Below are positions 12,684-23,567 of a stretch of DNA of 44,521 bases, in pieces. Under the pieces are notes generated by a model that had not been told where the DNA came from, ran no database searches, and saw only the letters and a list, made by a program, of their open reading frames with translations. The position numbers and the translations under genes were made by a program. This DNA is from Acidimicrobiales bacterium (GTDB lineage: Bacteria > Actinomycetota > Acidimicrobiia > Acidimicrobiales > VFJN01). Numbering within the stretch: the first letter of the stretch is position 1; each line of letters starts with the position of its first letter. The stretch is taken from positions 1 through 44,521 of the forward strand of contig DASRJN010000491.1 of assembly GCA_035649455.1 (NCBI GenBank), read 5' to 3'.

Positions 12684-13613
12684 GTGGAACCCCGCTCAGC
12701 ACCCGCGACGCGGCCCGGCCGGGACGCCGGGATCGGCGCCCGCGCCTCGCTCCTCGCCCACTCCGCGTGGCCCGCGCGCGTCGCCTGGCTGGTGCTCCCG
12801 CTGCTGGTCGCGCCGGTGATCGACCGGGCCGTGGCGGACGCGAGCGACCCCGTGCGCTGGGTCGTCGGGACCGGCTGCCTCGCCGTCTGGCTGGCGACGT
12901 TGGTGGCGACGTTCGTGCCCTCGACGCTGAGCCTCACCGTGCTGCGGGTGGCCGCCCCCGCGGTGCCGCTGGCCGTGGCCGTGGCCATCGCGGCGGGCGG
13001 GGGTGCGGTGGCGGGGGGCGTCGGGATGGTCGCCGGCCTGGTGGCGGCGCTGGTGGCGCTGGCCCCCGCGACGGCCGAGGCGTTCGTGGACGGCTCGTCG
13101 TACGGCGACGAGCGCCGGCTGCCGCTCCGCACCCCGACGCCGCTCCTGGCGGGCCCGGTGGAGCTGGTCTGGCTGGTGGTGGTGGCCGTCCCTGCGCTCG
13201 GCGTGCTGTGGGTGGCGGCGGGCCGCTGGCTTCCCGGCCTGGCGGTCCTGGTGCTGGGCGCGCCGCTCGTGGCGTGGGGCGCCCGCTCGCTCCACGGCCT
13301 GTCCCGGCGCTGGGTGGTGTTCGTGCCGCGGGGCGTCGTCCTGCACGACGCGCTGGCCCTCGCCGAGCCGATCCTGCTGCGCCGCACGTCGGTCCGGTCC
13401 CTGGCCGCCGCCCCTGCCGGCAGCGATGCCGTCGACCTCACCGTCGGCGCCGCCGGCCTGGCGCTGGAGGCCCGCATGCTCGAACCGCTCGAGCTGGTCC
13501 CCGCGGCGGCCCGCGGCCAGGTGGCCGAGCTCGTCACCGTCGACGCCGTCCTGTTCACCCCGAGCCGCCCCGGCCGCGTCCTCGACGAGGCCCGCCGGCG
13601 TCGGATCGGCTAG
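12684..13613 (+). CDS. polytopic membrane protein with a C-terminal soluble (PH-like?) domain, function unknown
   Basis: Several hydrophobic helices (WLVLPLLVAPV, CLAVWLATLVATFV, LVWLVVVAVPALGVLWVAA) are followed by RRWVVFVPRGVVLHD.... The start codon is uncertain. Confidence 0.5.
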   Translation: MEPRSAPATRPGRDAGIGARASLLAHSAWPARVAWLVLPLLVAPVIDRAVADASDPVRWVVGTGCLAVWLATLVATFVPSTLSLTVLRVAAPAVPLAVAVAIAAGGGAVAGGVGMVAGLVAALVALAPATAEAFVDGSSYGDERRLPLRTPTPLLAGPVELVWLVVVAVPALGVLWVAAGRWLPGLAVLVLGAPLVAWGARSLHGLSRRWVVFVPRGVVLHDALALAEPILLRRTSVRSLAAAPAGSDAVDLTVGAAGLALEARMLEPLELVPAAARGQVAELVTVDAVLFTPSRPGRVLDEARRRRIG

Positions 13614-14239
13614 CCCGCGTCCAGTCCGGCGAGCACGATGTCGACCACGCGCCGGACGTCGCGCTCGTCCAGCGGCTGGCCGCTCACCAGCTCGCGGTAG
13701 AAGGGCACGGCGCCGATCATGTCCAGGACCAGCTCGACGTCGGTGTCGGGGGCGAGCTCGCCCCGGGCGATGGCCCGCTCGACCACCTCGCGGGGGCGCT
13801 CGCGCCGGTCGCGGATGAAGGCGGACAGCACCTGGCGCATCTCGGGATTGACCGAGGCCTCGGCGATGACACCCGGCATGATGCGGCCCGCGGGGGTGTC
13901 CCGCAGCTTGGCGGCCAGCTGGCTGATCAGGCGGACCAGGTCGTCGTGCACCGATCCGGTGTCCACCCGCTCGGGCTCCAGGCCCATGCTGTGGGCGGTG
14001 TCGAGCAGCAGGTTGGCCCGGGACGGCCAGCGGCGGTAGATCGTCGCCTTGCCGCAGCCGGCCCGCGCCGCCACCTCGTCGACCGTGAACCCGCCCGGCC
14101 CCTTGTCCGCCAGGACCTCGATCGCGGCCCGGCGGATGGCGGCGTCGGCCCGGGCGTCGCGGGGACGTCCGGGCCGGCGCTCGGCGATCGACGGCACCGC
14201 GTCGTCGGGGGCGTCATCGGGGGAGACGGCGGCGGTCAT
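13610..14239 (-). CDS. TetR family transcriptional regulator
   Basis: AAIEVLADKGPGGFTVDEVAARAGCGKATIYRRWPSRANLLLD. The ATG overlaps the MFS stop (ATGA). Confidence 0.85.
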   Translation of the reverse strand: MTAAVSPDDAPDDAVPSIAERRPGRPRDARADAAIRRAAIEVLADKGPGGFTVDEVAARAGCGKATIYRRWPSRANLLLDTAHSMGLEPERVDTGSVHDDLVRLISQLAAKLRDTPAGRIMPGVIAEASVNPEMRQVLSAFIRDRRERPREVVERAIARGELAPDTDVELVLDMIGAVPFYRELVSGQPLDERDVRRVVDIVLAGLDAG

Positions 14240-15939
14240 CGCACCTTGGCCGGAGCTTCGCCGGGATCGGCGGCCGGAGCGGGAGCGTCGACCGGCTCGG
14301 ACCGGTGCCCGTCGGAGCCGCCGGCCGCGGCGACCGGTTCGGCGCCGTCACCGTCGACCGGGACCGGCTCGGGCTCGGGACCGGCGGCCGGGACCTCGGA
14401 CTCGTGGTCGTGGGCCCGGGCCGGGAGGTACAGGGCCACGATGACGGCACCCACCAGCAGGGCGACGGCGCCGATCAGGAAGGCGACGGCCATACCGTCG
14501 GTGAAGCCGTTGGAGGCCGCATCCACCAGCCCCGCACCCTGCGGGCCCAGGGACTCGCCGATGCGGAGGGCGGCGCCCACCTGGTCGGTCACCGCGTGGG
14601 CCGCTTCGGCGGGCAGCGGCAGGCCGGCGATGGCGTCGGAGACCCGGGGCCGGTAGGTCGACATCATCACCGAGCCCAGGACGGCCACACCCAGGGCCCC
14701 GCCCACCTGGCGCGTGGTGTCGTTCACGGCCGAGCCGACGCCCGCCTTGGCCAGTGGCAGCGAGCCCATGATCGACTCGGTGGCCGGCGGCATGACCAGG
14801 GCTATGCCGATGGCCAGCACGATCAGCGACACGGCGACCTCGGGATAGGTGGAGCCCGGCGTCAGCTGGCTGGCGATCCCCAGCCCGACGGCCCCGATGA
14901 GCAGGCCCGCGGCGACCACGACCTTGCTGCCCACCCGCTCGACGATCTTGGCGGACAGCGGGGCCACCACTATCTGGGTGGCCGCCATGGGGATCAGCCG
15001 CACGCCCGCCTGGAGGGCGGTGTAGCCGAGCACCGACTGCAGGTACTGGGTGAGCAGGAACAGCGAGCCGAACATGGCGAAGAACGTGAGCATCAGGGAC
15101 ACGCTCGCGGCGCTGAACCGCGGGTTGCGGAAGAAGTTGATGTCGAGCATCGGCGTGCGCGTGTGCCGCTCCCAGGCCACGAACGAGCCGAGCAGCACGG
15201 CCGCCAGGGCGAAGGCACCGATGACGGCCGGGTCGGTCCAGCCGTTGGGGCCCTCGATGATGGCCCACACCAGGGCCACCAGGCCGGTGATCGACAGGAC
15301 CGCGCCGGGGGCGTCGACCGGCGGAGCCGCGGGGTCCCGCGAGGTGGGCACGAAGATCTGGCCCAGGATCAGGGCCAGGACCACGACCGGCACGTTGACC
15401 AGGAAGACCGAGCCCCACCAGAAGTGCTCGATCAGGAAGCCGCCGGTCACCGGGCCGATGGCGACGGCCACACCGGCGGTCGCGGCCCACATGGCGATGG
15501 CCTGGGCGCGCTCCTTCCGGACGGTGAACACGTTGGTGATGATCGAGAGCGTCGCCGGCATGATCAGCGCGCCGCCGATGCCCATGATCGCCCGGGTGAC
15601 GATGAGCTGGTTGGCGCTGCCGGCGAAGGCGGACAGGATCGAGGCGCTGCCCATGATGGCGAGGCCGAGGGCCAGCGCTCCTCGCCGGCCGAAGCGGTCG
15701 CCCAGGCTGCCCATGGTGAGCAGCAGGCCGGCGAAGACCAGCACGTAGGCGTCGACCACCCACTGGAGTTGGCTGGTGGAGGCGCCGAGGTCCTTCTGCA
15801 GGGTGGGGATGGCCACGTTGACGATCGTGTTGTCCATCACGATCAGCAACAGGCTGAGGCACATGACCGCGAGCACGATCCAGCGACGGGGATCGGCCTC
15901 GCGTGCGTCGGGGGCGAGGGCAGCGGATGCAGCGGGCAT
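14236..15939 (-). CDS. MFS transporter, DHA2 (EmrB/QacA, 14-TMS) drug:H+ antiporter type
   Basis: LLIVMDNTIVNVAIPTLQKDLGAS...QWVVDAYVLVFAGLLLTMGSLGDRFGRR is the DHA2 signature. ATG 15939 is preferred; the ORF is open to TTG 15975. It has a Pro/Glu/Ala-rich C-terminal tail of roughly 60 aa. Confidence 0.85.
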   Translation of the reverse strand: MPAASAALAPDAREADPRRWIVLAVMCLSLLLIVMDNTIVNVAIPTLQKDLGASTSQLQWVVDAYVLVFAGLLLTMGSLGDRFGRRGALALGLAIMGSASILSAFAGSANQLIVTRAIMGIGGALIMPATLSIITNVFTVRKERAQAIAMWAATAGVAVAIGPVTGGFLIEHFWWGSVFLVNVPVVVLALILGQIFVPTSRDPAAPPVDAPGAVLSITGLVALVWAIIEGPNGWTDPAVIGAFALAAVLLGSFVAWERHTRTPMLDINFFRNPRFSAASVSLMLTFFAMFGSLFLLTQYLQSVLGYTALQAGVRLIPMAATQIVVAPLSAKIVERVGSKVVVAAGLLIGAVGLGIASQLTPGSTYPEVAVSLIVLAIGIALVMPPATESIMGSLPLAKAGVGSAVNDTTRQVGGALGVAVLGSVMMSTYRPRVSDAIAGLPLPAEAAHAVTDQVGAALRIGESLGPQGAGLVDAASNGFTDGMAVAFLIGAVALLVGAVIVALYLPARAHDHESEVPAAGPEPEPVPVDGDGAEPVAAAGGSDGHRSEPVDAPAPAADPGEAPAKVR

Positions 15940-15962
15940 GGAACCCAGGATGCGCCGCCAAT

Positions 15963-15986
15963 TTCCGAAACGCAAGAGTTTCGGAA
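15963..15986. promoter_or_regulatory. inverted repeat TTCCGAAAC-GCAAGA-GTTTCGGAA; candidate TetR operator for the MFS-TetR operon and/or mnmA terminator hairpin
   Basis: 9-bp perfect arms in an AT-richer patch. It lies 4 nt after the mnmA stop and 24 nt upstream of the MFS ATG. Confidence 0.4.
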
Positions 15987-15990
15987 CGCT

Positions 15991-17049
15991 TCAGTCCGTG
16001 ACCTGCGCCACCACCCCGCCGCCCACCACCTCGTCGCCGTGGTAGAGCACGACGGACTGGCCGGGGGCGACGCGCCGCTCCGGCCGGTCGAAGCGGACGA
16101 TCGCCCGCTCGCCGCTGGAGCCCGTGGGCGCGACCCGGGCCGGGCGGGGAACGCCGTGGGCACTGCACTGCGCCTCGGCCGGCCCCGTGACCGGGCCGCC
16201 GGCCCACACCAGTGTGTCCAGCGTGACCGCCTCGACCTGGAGGTCGGCCTCGGGCCCGACCCGTACGGTGGCGGCCGGGACGTCCACCTCGGTGACGTAA
16301 CGAGGGGCGCTGCCCCCCGGCAGCCCCAAGCCCCGGCGCTGCCCCACCGTGACCAGCTCGACGGCGTCGACCGCACCCACGTCGCGGCCGGTCTCGTCCA
16401 CGATGCGGCCCGGCCGCAGCCGGATGCGCCGGCCGAGGAAGTCGCCGCGGCCGTGGGCCGCGGTCACGAAGCACACGTCCTGGCTGTCGGGCTTGTCCGC
16501 GGTCCGCAGGCCCAGCGCGACGGCCTCGGCCCGCACGGCGTCCTTCGACGTCTCCCCCACCGGCAACAGCGTGCGGGCCAGCGTGGCCTGGTCGAGCACG
16601 TAGAGGACGTAGCTCTGGTCCTTGGCCGGGTCCGCGCCGCGGGCGAGGCGCCGGGTCCCGTCGGGCCGGGCGACGATGCGGGCGTGGTGCCCGGTGGCGA
16701 CGGCGTCGAAGCCGACCGCCCAGGCGCGCCGGGTGAGCCGGTCGAACTTGAGGTGGCGGTTGCACTCCACGCAGGGGTTCGGGGTGACGCCCTGGCGGTG
16801 GGCAGCGACGTACGGCTCGACGACGTGGTGCTCGAAGTCGTCGCTGAAGGTCCACGTGTGGTGGGGGATGCCCAGCTGCTGGGCCACGCGGCGAGCGTCG
16901 TCCACGTCGCTGACCGAGCAGCAGCCGGTGTCCGACTCGCCGCCCCACAGCTTCATGGTCACGCCCACCACCTCGTGCCCGGCCGCGAGCAGCCGGGCCG
17001 CGGCCACCGACGAGTCCACGCCCCCGGACATGGCCACCAGCACCTTCAT
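15991..17049 (-). CDS. mnmA: tRNA 2-thiouridine(34) synthase
   Basis: MKVLVAMSGGVDSSVAA PP-loop, then TPNPCVECNRHLKF. The ATG overlaps the cysteine desulfurase stop (ATGA). Confidence 0.92.
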   Translation of the reverse strand: MKVLVAMSGGVDSSVAAARLLAAGHEVVGVTMKLWGGESDTGCCSVSDVDDARRVAQQLGIPHHTWTFSDDFEHHVVEPYVAAHRQGVTPNPCVECNRHLKFDRLTRRAWAVGFDAVATGHHARIVARPDGTRRLARGADPAKDQSYVLYVLDQATLARTLLPVGETSKDAVRAEAVALGLRTADKPDSQDVCFVTAAHGRGDFLGRRIRLRPGRIVDETGRDVGAVDAVELVTVGQRRGLGLPGGSAPRYVTEVDVPAATVRVGPEADLQVEAVTLDTLVWAGGPVTGPAEAQCSAHGVPRPARVAPTGSSGERAIVRFDRPERRVAPGQSVVLYHGDEVVGGGVVAQVTD

Positions 17050-18185
17050 GCCGCCGCCTCCCGCAGGCGGCCCACGGCCGCGGGGATGACCGCCAGGGCG
17101 TGGTCGACGTCCGCGTCCGTGGAGGGCCAGCCGAGCGACAGCCGCAGCGTCCCCGCGGCCCGGTCCGGCGGCACGCCCATGGCCGCCAGCACGTGCGAGC
17201 GCTGCTGGGCGCCGCTGGCGCAGGCGGACGCGGCCGAGGCGCACACGCCCGCCTCGTCCAGCAGGAACAGCAAGGGCTCGCTCTCGATCCCCGGGAGGCA
17301 CAGGTGGACCAGCCCCGGCAGCCGCCCCGACCGCTCGACCCCGGTCTCGCCGGCCCCGGGGATGGCGGTCAGCAGCCCGTCGGCCAGCCGGTCGCGCAGG
17401 GCGCTCACCCTCGCCGCGGTCGCGTCCCGCTGGGCCCGCGTGGCGATGAGGGCGGCAGCGAAGCCGGCGATGCCGGCCACGTTGTGCGTGCCGCTGCGCA
17501 GCTCGCGCTCCTGGCCGCCGCCGAGGGCCCGCGCCCGCAGCGGGGTGCCGGGCCGCGCCACCAGCGCGCCCACGCCCTGCGGCCCGCCCAGCTTGTGCGA
17601 GCTCAGGCTGATCAGGTCGGCTCCGGCCACCAGGTCCGGGAGGTCGAGCCACGGGGCGGCCTGCACCGCGTCGGTGTGGAGCGCGGCGGACGGCACCCGG
17701 CGCCGCACGACCTCGGCGACGTCGGGCACCGGCTGGATGGCGCCCACCTCGTTGTTGGCCGCCATGACCGAGACCAGCGTCGTCTCCGGCGGCAAGGCCG
17801 CGGCCAGGGCGTCGAGGTCGATGACCCCGCGCCGGTCCACCGCCACCGTCCGCCCCCCGACCAGGCCCACCGCGGCCAGGACCGCTTCGTGCTCGACCGC
17901 GCTGCACAGCACCGGCCCGGGCCGGGCCGCGTGGACCCCGAGGACCGCCAGGTTGTCGGCCTCGGTGCCCCCGCCGGTGAAGATCACGTCTCCCGGCCGG
18001 CACCCCACCGCCGCGGCCACCGCGTCGCGGGCCTCGTCCACCACCTGGCGGGCGGCTCGGGCCACGCGGTGCGCGCCGGACGGGTTGCCGAAGCGGTCGC
18101 CCAGCCACGGCGCCATGGCGGCGGCCGCCTCCGGGCGCAGCGCGGTCGTGGCCGCGTGATCGAGGTAGGTGAGCCGGTCGGGCAC
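17046..18185 (-). CDS. iscS: cysteine desulfurase (class V aminotransferase, IscS/NifS-like)
   Basis: YLDHAATT, NPSGAH, the SSHKLGGPQGVGAL PLP-lysine motif and the C-terminal SACASG active-site loop. Coupled to mnmA. Confidence 0.88.
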   Translation of the reverse strand: MPDRLTYLDHAATTALRPEAAAAMAPWLGDRFGNPSGAHRVARAARQVVDEARDAVAAAVGCRPGDVIFTGGGTEADNLAVLGVHAARPGPVLCSAVEHEAVLAAVGLVGGRTVAVDRRGVIDLDALAAALPPETTLVSVMAANNEVGAIQPVPDVAEVVRRRVPSAALHTDAVQAAPWLDLPDLVAGADLISLSSHKLGGPQGVGALVARPGTPLRARALGGGQERELRSGTHNVAGIAGFAAALIATRAQRDATAARVSALRDRLADGLLTAIPGAGETGVERSGRLPGLVHLCLPGIESEPLLFLLDEAGVCASAASACASGAQQRSHVLAAMGVPPDRAAGTLRLSLGWPSTDADVDHALAVIPAAVGRLREAAA

Positions 18186-18196
18186 TGAGCCAGTGT

Positions 18197-18212
18197 CGCA
18201 CCCGAAGGTGCG
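18197..18212 (-). other. 6-bp GC hairpin with a UUCG tetraloop between the RDD gene stop and the iscS start
   Basis: Minus strand reads CGCACC-UUCG-GGUGCG. There is no U tract. Confidence 0.3.
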
Positions 18213-18213
18213 C

Positions 18214-19014
18214 TCAGCGCCAGGCGGGGGGTGCCGGCGCCGGCGCGCCGTGGGTCCGCTGCCAGGCCGCCGCCAGGCACACCAGGAACATGTAGGGGTG
18301 CAGCCAGCGCGGCGGCGAGTGGTCCATGCGGACCGCCAGCGGGTTGGCCAGGCGCAACGCCAGATGCTCGCGAGCCCCGGGGGTCAGCTGGGCGTAGCGC
18401 ATGAGGAACGTGCGCACGAGGCCGTAGGCGTCGTCGTCCAGGGCGCTCACGTCGAGCGAGGCCACGTACCCCTCGTACCCCGGGGGCGGGGAGAACCAGG
18501 CGGGCACGACCAGGGACTGGGCCGACCGCTCCCGCACCACCAGGGTGCCGGCCGCCATGTCGCCGAGGCGCTGGTCCCGGGGGGACAGCAGGGCGGACAC
18601 GACCGCGGTGAACCCCACCGGCGGGATGAAGATGTCGATGAGCCCCACCGCCGCCCGCACGAACGCCTGCTGGAACCGGATGGTGGTGCCGTCCTGGCTC
18701 ACCGCCCGCAGGCCCAGCGCGGCCTTGCCCGGGGTGCGCCCCCGCCACAGCGTCTCCCACGCGCAGAACCACACCACCACCACGCCCGCGCTGGTGAGGA
18801 CGGCGGCCACCGCCCCGCCGATGCCCTCGATGTTGCCCACGGTCTGGGTCACCACGAAGGCGATGGCCACCAGCACGGCCCCGAGGGCGAGGATGTCGAT
18901 GGTGAACGCCAGCGTGCGGGAGGCCACGCCCGCCCGCTCGAGGTCGAGGATGACCGCCTCGGGGGTGACGATGCGCTGGGACGCGGCCGTCGCCCCGGTC
19001 ACCGCTGGCTCCAT
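18214..19014 (-). CDS. RDD family membrane protein
   Basis: TM pair followed by WRGRTPGKAALGLRAV ... RLGDMAAGTLVV, the RDD pattern. TAACGT lies 6 nt upstream of the ATG. Confidence 0.75.
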   Translation of the reverse strand: MEPAVTGATAASQRIVTPEAVILDLERAGVASRTLAFTIDILALGAVLVAIAFVVTQTVGNIEGIGGAVAAVLTSAGVVVVWFCAWETLWRGRTPGKAALGLRAVSQDGTTIRFQQAFVRAAVGLIDIFIPPVGFTAVVSALLSPRDQRLGDMAAGTLVVRERSAQSLVVPAWFSPPPGYEGYVASLDVSALDDDAYGLVRTFLMRYAQLTPGAREHLALRLANPLAVRMDHSPPRWLHPYMFLVCLAAAWQRTHGAPAPAPPAWR

Positions 19015-19075
19015 GCGCGCACGTTACTGCTGCGCCCACCGCTAGCGTCCCGAAGGCGCTGCGCCGCCTCCACCG

Positions 19076-20110
19076 ATGGACATCGACCGCTTCATCGCCC
19101 GCAACCGGCCCGCCTGGGACCGGCTCGACGTGCTCTCGCGACGCGCGGGCCGCGGCACCAGGCGCCTAACCCCGGCCGAGGTGGAGGAGCTGATCGACCT
19201 CTACCAGCGGGTGTCGTCCCACCTCTCGCACGCCCGGGTGGCCTACGACGACCCCGGCCTGGTGCGCTGGCTGACCCGGCTGGTGGGCCAGGCCAACGGC
19301 GTCATCTACGCCAGCCGCACCCGCACCGCCCGCGCCGTGGCCGACTTCTTCGCCTGGCGCTTCCCGGCCGCGGTCTGGCAGAGCGGCCGCTTCGTGGCCG
19401 TGTCGGCGGCGCTGCTGCTGATCCCGGCGCTGGCCCTCGGCATCTGGGTGAGCACCAGCGAGGCGGCCCTCGAAGCCACGGCCCCCGACGCCGTGCGCGA
19501 GGCCTACCTCAACGAGGACTTCGAGGACTACTACTCGTCCGAGCCGGCCTCGCAGTTCGCCACGGAGGTGACGGTCAACAACATCCGGGTGGCGGTCATG
19601 GCCTTCGCCGGCGGGATCCTGCTGTGCCTGCCCACCGTGGCGGCGCTGGTGGCGAACGGCGCGCTGCTGGGCCTCGCCGGCGGCCTGTTCGCCGACGCCG
19701 GGGAGCTGCCGAAGTTCTTCGGGCTGATCCTGCCCCATGGGCTGCTGGAGCTGACCGCCATCGTGATCGCGGGCGCCGCCGGCCTGCGGTTGGGCTGGGC
19801 CGTCATCGCGCCTGGTGACCGCCCGCGGGGCCGGGCGGTCGGTGAGGAGGCCCGGCGGGCAGGCGTCATCGCCCTCGGGCTGGTACTGGCCTTCGCCACC
19901 GCGGGGATCATCGAGGGCTTCGTCACCGGCCGCGGCGTGGCCACCGCCCTGCGGGTCGGGCTGGGGGTGGGGGCCTGGACGGTGTTCGTGACCTGGATCG
20001 TGGTCCAGGGGCGGGCGGCCGCCGCCCGCGGCGTGACCGGCGAGCTGGGCGAGCTCGACCGGGGCTGGGCCGAGCTGGCCGCGGCCCGCGAGCGGGCCTG
20101 GGCCGGCTGA
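19076..20110 (+). CDS. SpoIIM-like / DUF95 family membrane protein
   Basis: The N-terminal soluble helix region is followed by NNIRVAVMAFAGGILLCLPT ... ILPHGLLELTAIVIAGAAG, which is typical of this family. Confidence 0.7.
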   Translation: MDIDRFIARNRPAWDRLDVLSRRAGRGTRRLTPAEVEELIDLYQRVSSHLSHARVAYDDPGLVRWLTRLVGQANGVIYASRTRTARAVADFFAWRFPAAVWQSGRFVAVSAALLLIPALALGIWVSTSEAALEATAPDAVREAYLNEDFEDYYSSEPASQFATEVTVNNIRVAVMAFAGGILLCLPTVAALVANGALLGLAGGLFADAGELPKFFGLILPHGLLELTAIVIAGAAGLRLGWAVIAPGDRPRGRAVGEEARRAGVIALGLVLAFATAGIIEGFVTGRGVATALRVGLGVGAWTVFVTWIVVQGRAAAARGVTGELGELDRGWAELAAARERAWAG

Positions 20111-20111
20111 G

Positions 20112-21445
20112 CTACAGGCGGCCGGTGGCCTTGACCCGCAGGTAGGTGTCCGCCAGCGCCGGCGCCAGCCGTCCGGGCCGGGCGTCGATGACGGTGGCCC
20201 CCAGGCCCCGCAACCGGATCACCGTGCGCCGCCGCGCCTCGAGGGCGCTCAACGCCGCGGCCCGCCGGTACACCGTCGTCGGCTCGTCCCCCGGCGCCTC
20301 GGACCACCGCGCCACGTCCGGGTCGCTGACCCCGGCCACCACCACCACGTGCTCGCGCAGGATCAGCGGCAGCGCCGGGACGAGCCACTCGTCCACCGCC
20401 GGGGCCACGAGGTCGGTCAGCACCACCAGCATCGTGCGCCGCCGGAAGCGCGCCAGCGTCTCGCTGAAAGCACCCGCATAGTCGCTCTCCGCCAGCACTG
20501 GCTCCAGGTCGTAGAGCGCCTCCACCACCCGCCCGAGCTGGGCCCGCCCGCTGCCGGGGGGCACCGCGGCCCGCACCTCCCGGTCGAAGGCGACCACGCC
20601 GCACCGGTCCCCGAGCCCGGTCGCGACCGCGGTCATCATCATCACCGCGTCCACCGCGTGCTCGACCCGCGGCACCCCGTCGACCCGCCCGGCCATGACC
20701 CGGCCGTTGTCCAGCAGCACGAGCACCGTCTGGTTGCGCTCGGCCCGGTAGGTGCGCACGATCGGGCGGCCCGCCCGGGCGGTGGCGGACCAGTCCATGC
20801 GGCGGAACTCGTCGTCCACGTTGTACTCGCGCAGCTGATCGAACTCGGTGCCGCCGCCCCGGCCCTGGGCCGAGCGCAGGCCCACCTCCAGGATGCGGGC
20901 CTTGCGGATGCGCAGCTCGGCTTCGTCCTTCGAGCGGAACGACGGGTACACCCGCAGCACGCCCGGCACGCTGAGCGCCGCCTGCCGTGCCGCCAGGCCG
21001 AGCGGCCCCTCCACCCGCACCACCAGCTCCCGCACCACGAAACGGCCCCGCCGGGCCGGGCGGATCGGGGTCGACGCCTGCAAGGTGCCGTGCCCGGGGA
21101 TGCGGGCCGCGGCCCGGCGGGTGTCGGCCCGCAGCGAGGGCGCCAGCTCGTCGGCCAGGGCCACCCGCAGGGACCCGCGCCGCGGGTTGCGCACCGTCCA
21201 GGCCACCTCCGCCGGCCGGTCCAGCGTGACGGCGCCCGGCAGGGTCCGGCGCACGTCCAGCTGGGCGGGCGAGGGCGCCGCCAGGGCGTCGAGCAGCGCC
21301 ACGGCCACCAGGACCAGGTTGACCACCAGGAGGTTCCGCCCGATCGGGCCGGGCACGACCAGCACGACGGCCGAGGCCAGGGCGGCCACCAGCGCCGAGC
21401 GCCGCGTGGGCACGACGGCCCGCCGCCGGCGGAGCGGGCGAGCCG

Positions 21446-21449
<4 letters not shown>
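20112..21449 (-). CDS. DUF58 domain protein (MoxR-associated, vWA-like)
   Basis: GGGTEFDQLREYNVDDEFRRMDWSATAR is the DUF58 core motif. TTG 21449 overlaps the MoxR stop (TTGA). An alternative GTG at 21413 would give MPTRRSALV.... Confidence 0.8.
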
Positions 21450-22427
<978 letters not shown>

Positions 22428-22435
<8 letters not shown>

Positions 22436-23567
22436 GGGTGAGGACCTCCTCACGGATGCGGTCGATGGTGCGGGCCAGGGTGACGAGCTGGGCGTCCTCG
22501 AGCACGGGGTCGGCCCCCAGCGCCCAGCTCAGCATGGATTCGTCCAGGCCCGTGCGTTCGGCGGTCACGGCCGCCAGCACGCCCAGCTCGGCCTGCCGGG
22601 GCACACCCAGGCGATCGCACAGGAAGGCCCGGAGGTCGCGCCGCAACTGCTCGGCGGCATGCTGCGGCGAGCGGGTGCGGTCGAGCAGGCTGCCGGTCGC
22701 CGCCACCAGCTCGGAGCCGGCCACCGCCACGGGCTGGGGCTCGAGCACCGGGCGACCCAGGCGCCGCGCCCGCCACAGCACGTAGACGCCGAAGGCGAGC
22801 GCCAGCTGGATCAGCGCGGCCTTCACCCCGGGGGCGATCAGGTCCAGCAGCGTGCGACCGCCGCCAGGAGTGGCCAGCGGGCCGGGCTCCAACACCACCA
22901 GGTCCGTGCCCGGCTGGGGGGCCAGCAGGGCCGCCGCCACCGGGGCGTTCTCACCGTCGGCCAGGGCCGCGTTGACCAGCACACCGGCGCCGCCGAACGC
23001 GACCACGGTGCCGTCGCCCTCCCCCGTGGCCACCACGAAGGCGGAGCCGTCCGGGCCGGCGATGCACGAGTCCGAGCCCACCGGCGGGCGGTACAGCACG
23101 CCACCGTGGCGAGGCCGGATCCCGGCGACGTCGATGCCGGCCAGCGGGTCGATCTCGCAGTCCTGCCGCAAGCGCGCCGGGGCCCCCAGATCGGCCGTCC
23201 GGTCGAAGCTGCCGGTGCGCTCGGGCGAGAACGACGAGGCCGGGTCGGTGACGACCAGCGTGCCGCCCGCGTCGACGAAGTTCTCCACGACGGCCGTCTG
23301 GTCCTCGTCGAGCAGGTCCTGCAGCAGGAGCACGACGTCGGGTGCGTGCTCGCCGTAGAGATCGGGGAACCCGTCCACCACGTCCACGTTCGTGCCCAGC
23401 TCGCCGGCCAGCGCGACGAGCGCGCTGGTGCCGAGCCGGTCGTCCGAGGACGGTGACAGGGCAGGGCCGCGGCGGCTCCCGGACGACAGTCCCAGCAGCC
23501 AGAAGGTGAGGAGCGTCACCACCACCACGGACGCGGCGATTCCCACGTTCCGGGCGCCGCTGCTCAC
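22428..23567 (-). CDS. DUF4350-like membrane-anchored protein
   Basis: N-terminal TM, a large extracytoplasmic domain, a second TM (AALIQLALAFGVYVLW) and a cytoplasmic tail. The GTG start overlaps the upstream stop (GTGA). Confidence 0.55.

Noticed and set aside
14305-18159. 1284-aa plus-strand ORF spanning the MFS, mnmA and iscS loci. Similar long ORFs occur at 6621-8930 (+), 33204-36146 (-), 35999-37792 (-), 12767-14656 (+), 2266-3984 (-) and 42107-44161 (-).
   Set aside because: These are antisense or shadow ORFs, which are typical of very high-GC DNA. Their translations are Arg/Pro/Gly/Ala-rich low-complexity strings with no motifs. Each overlaps a gene with clear family signatures on the other strand or in another frame.
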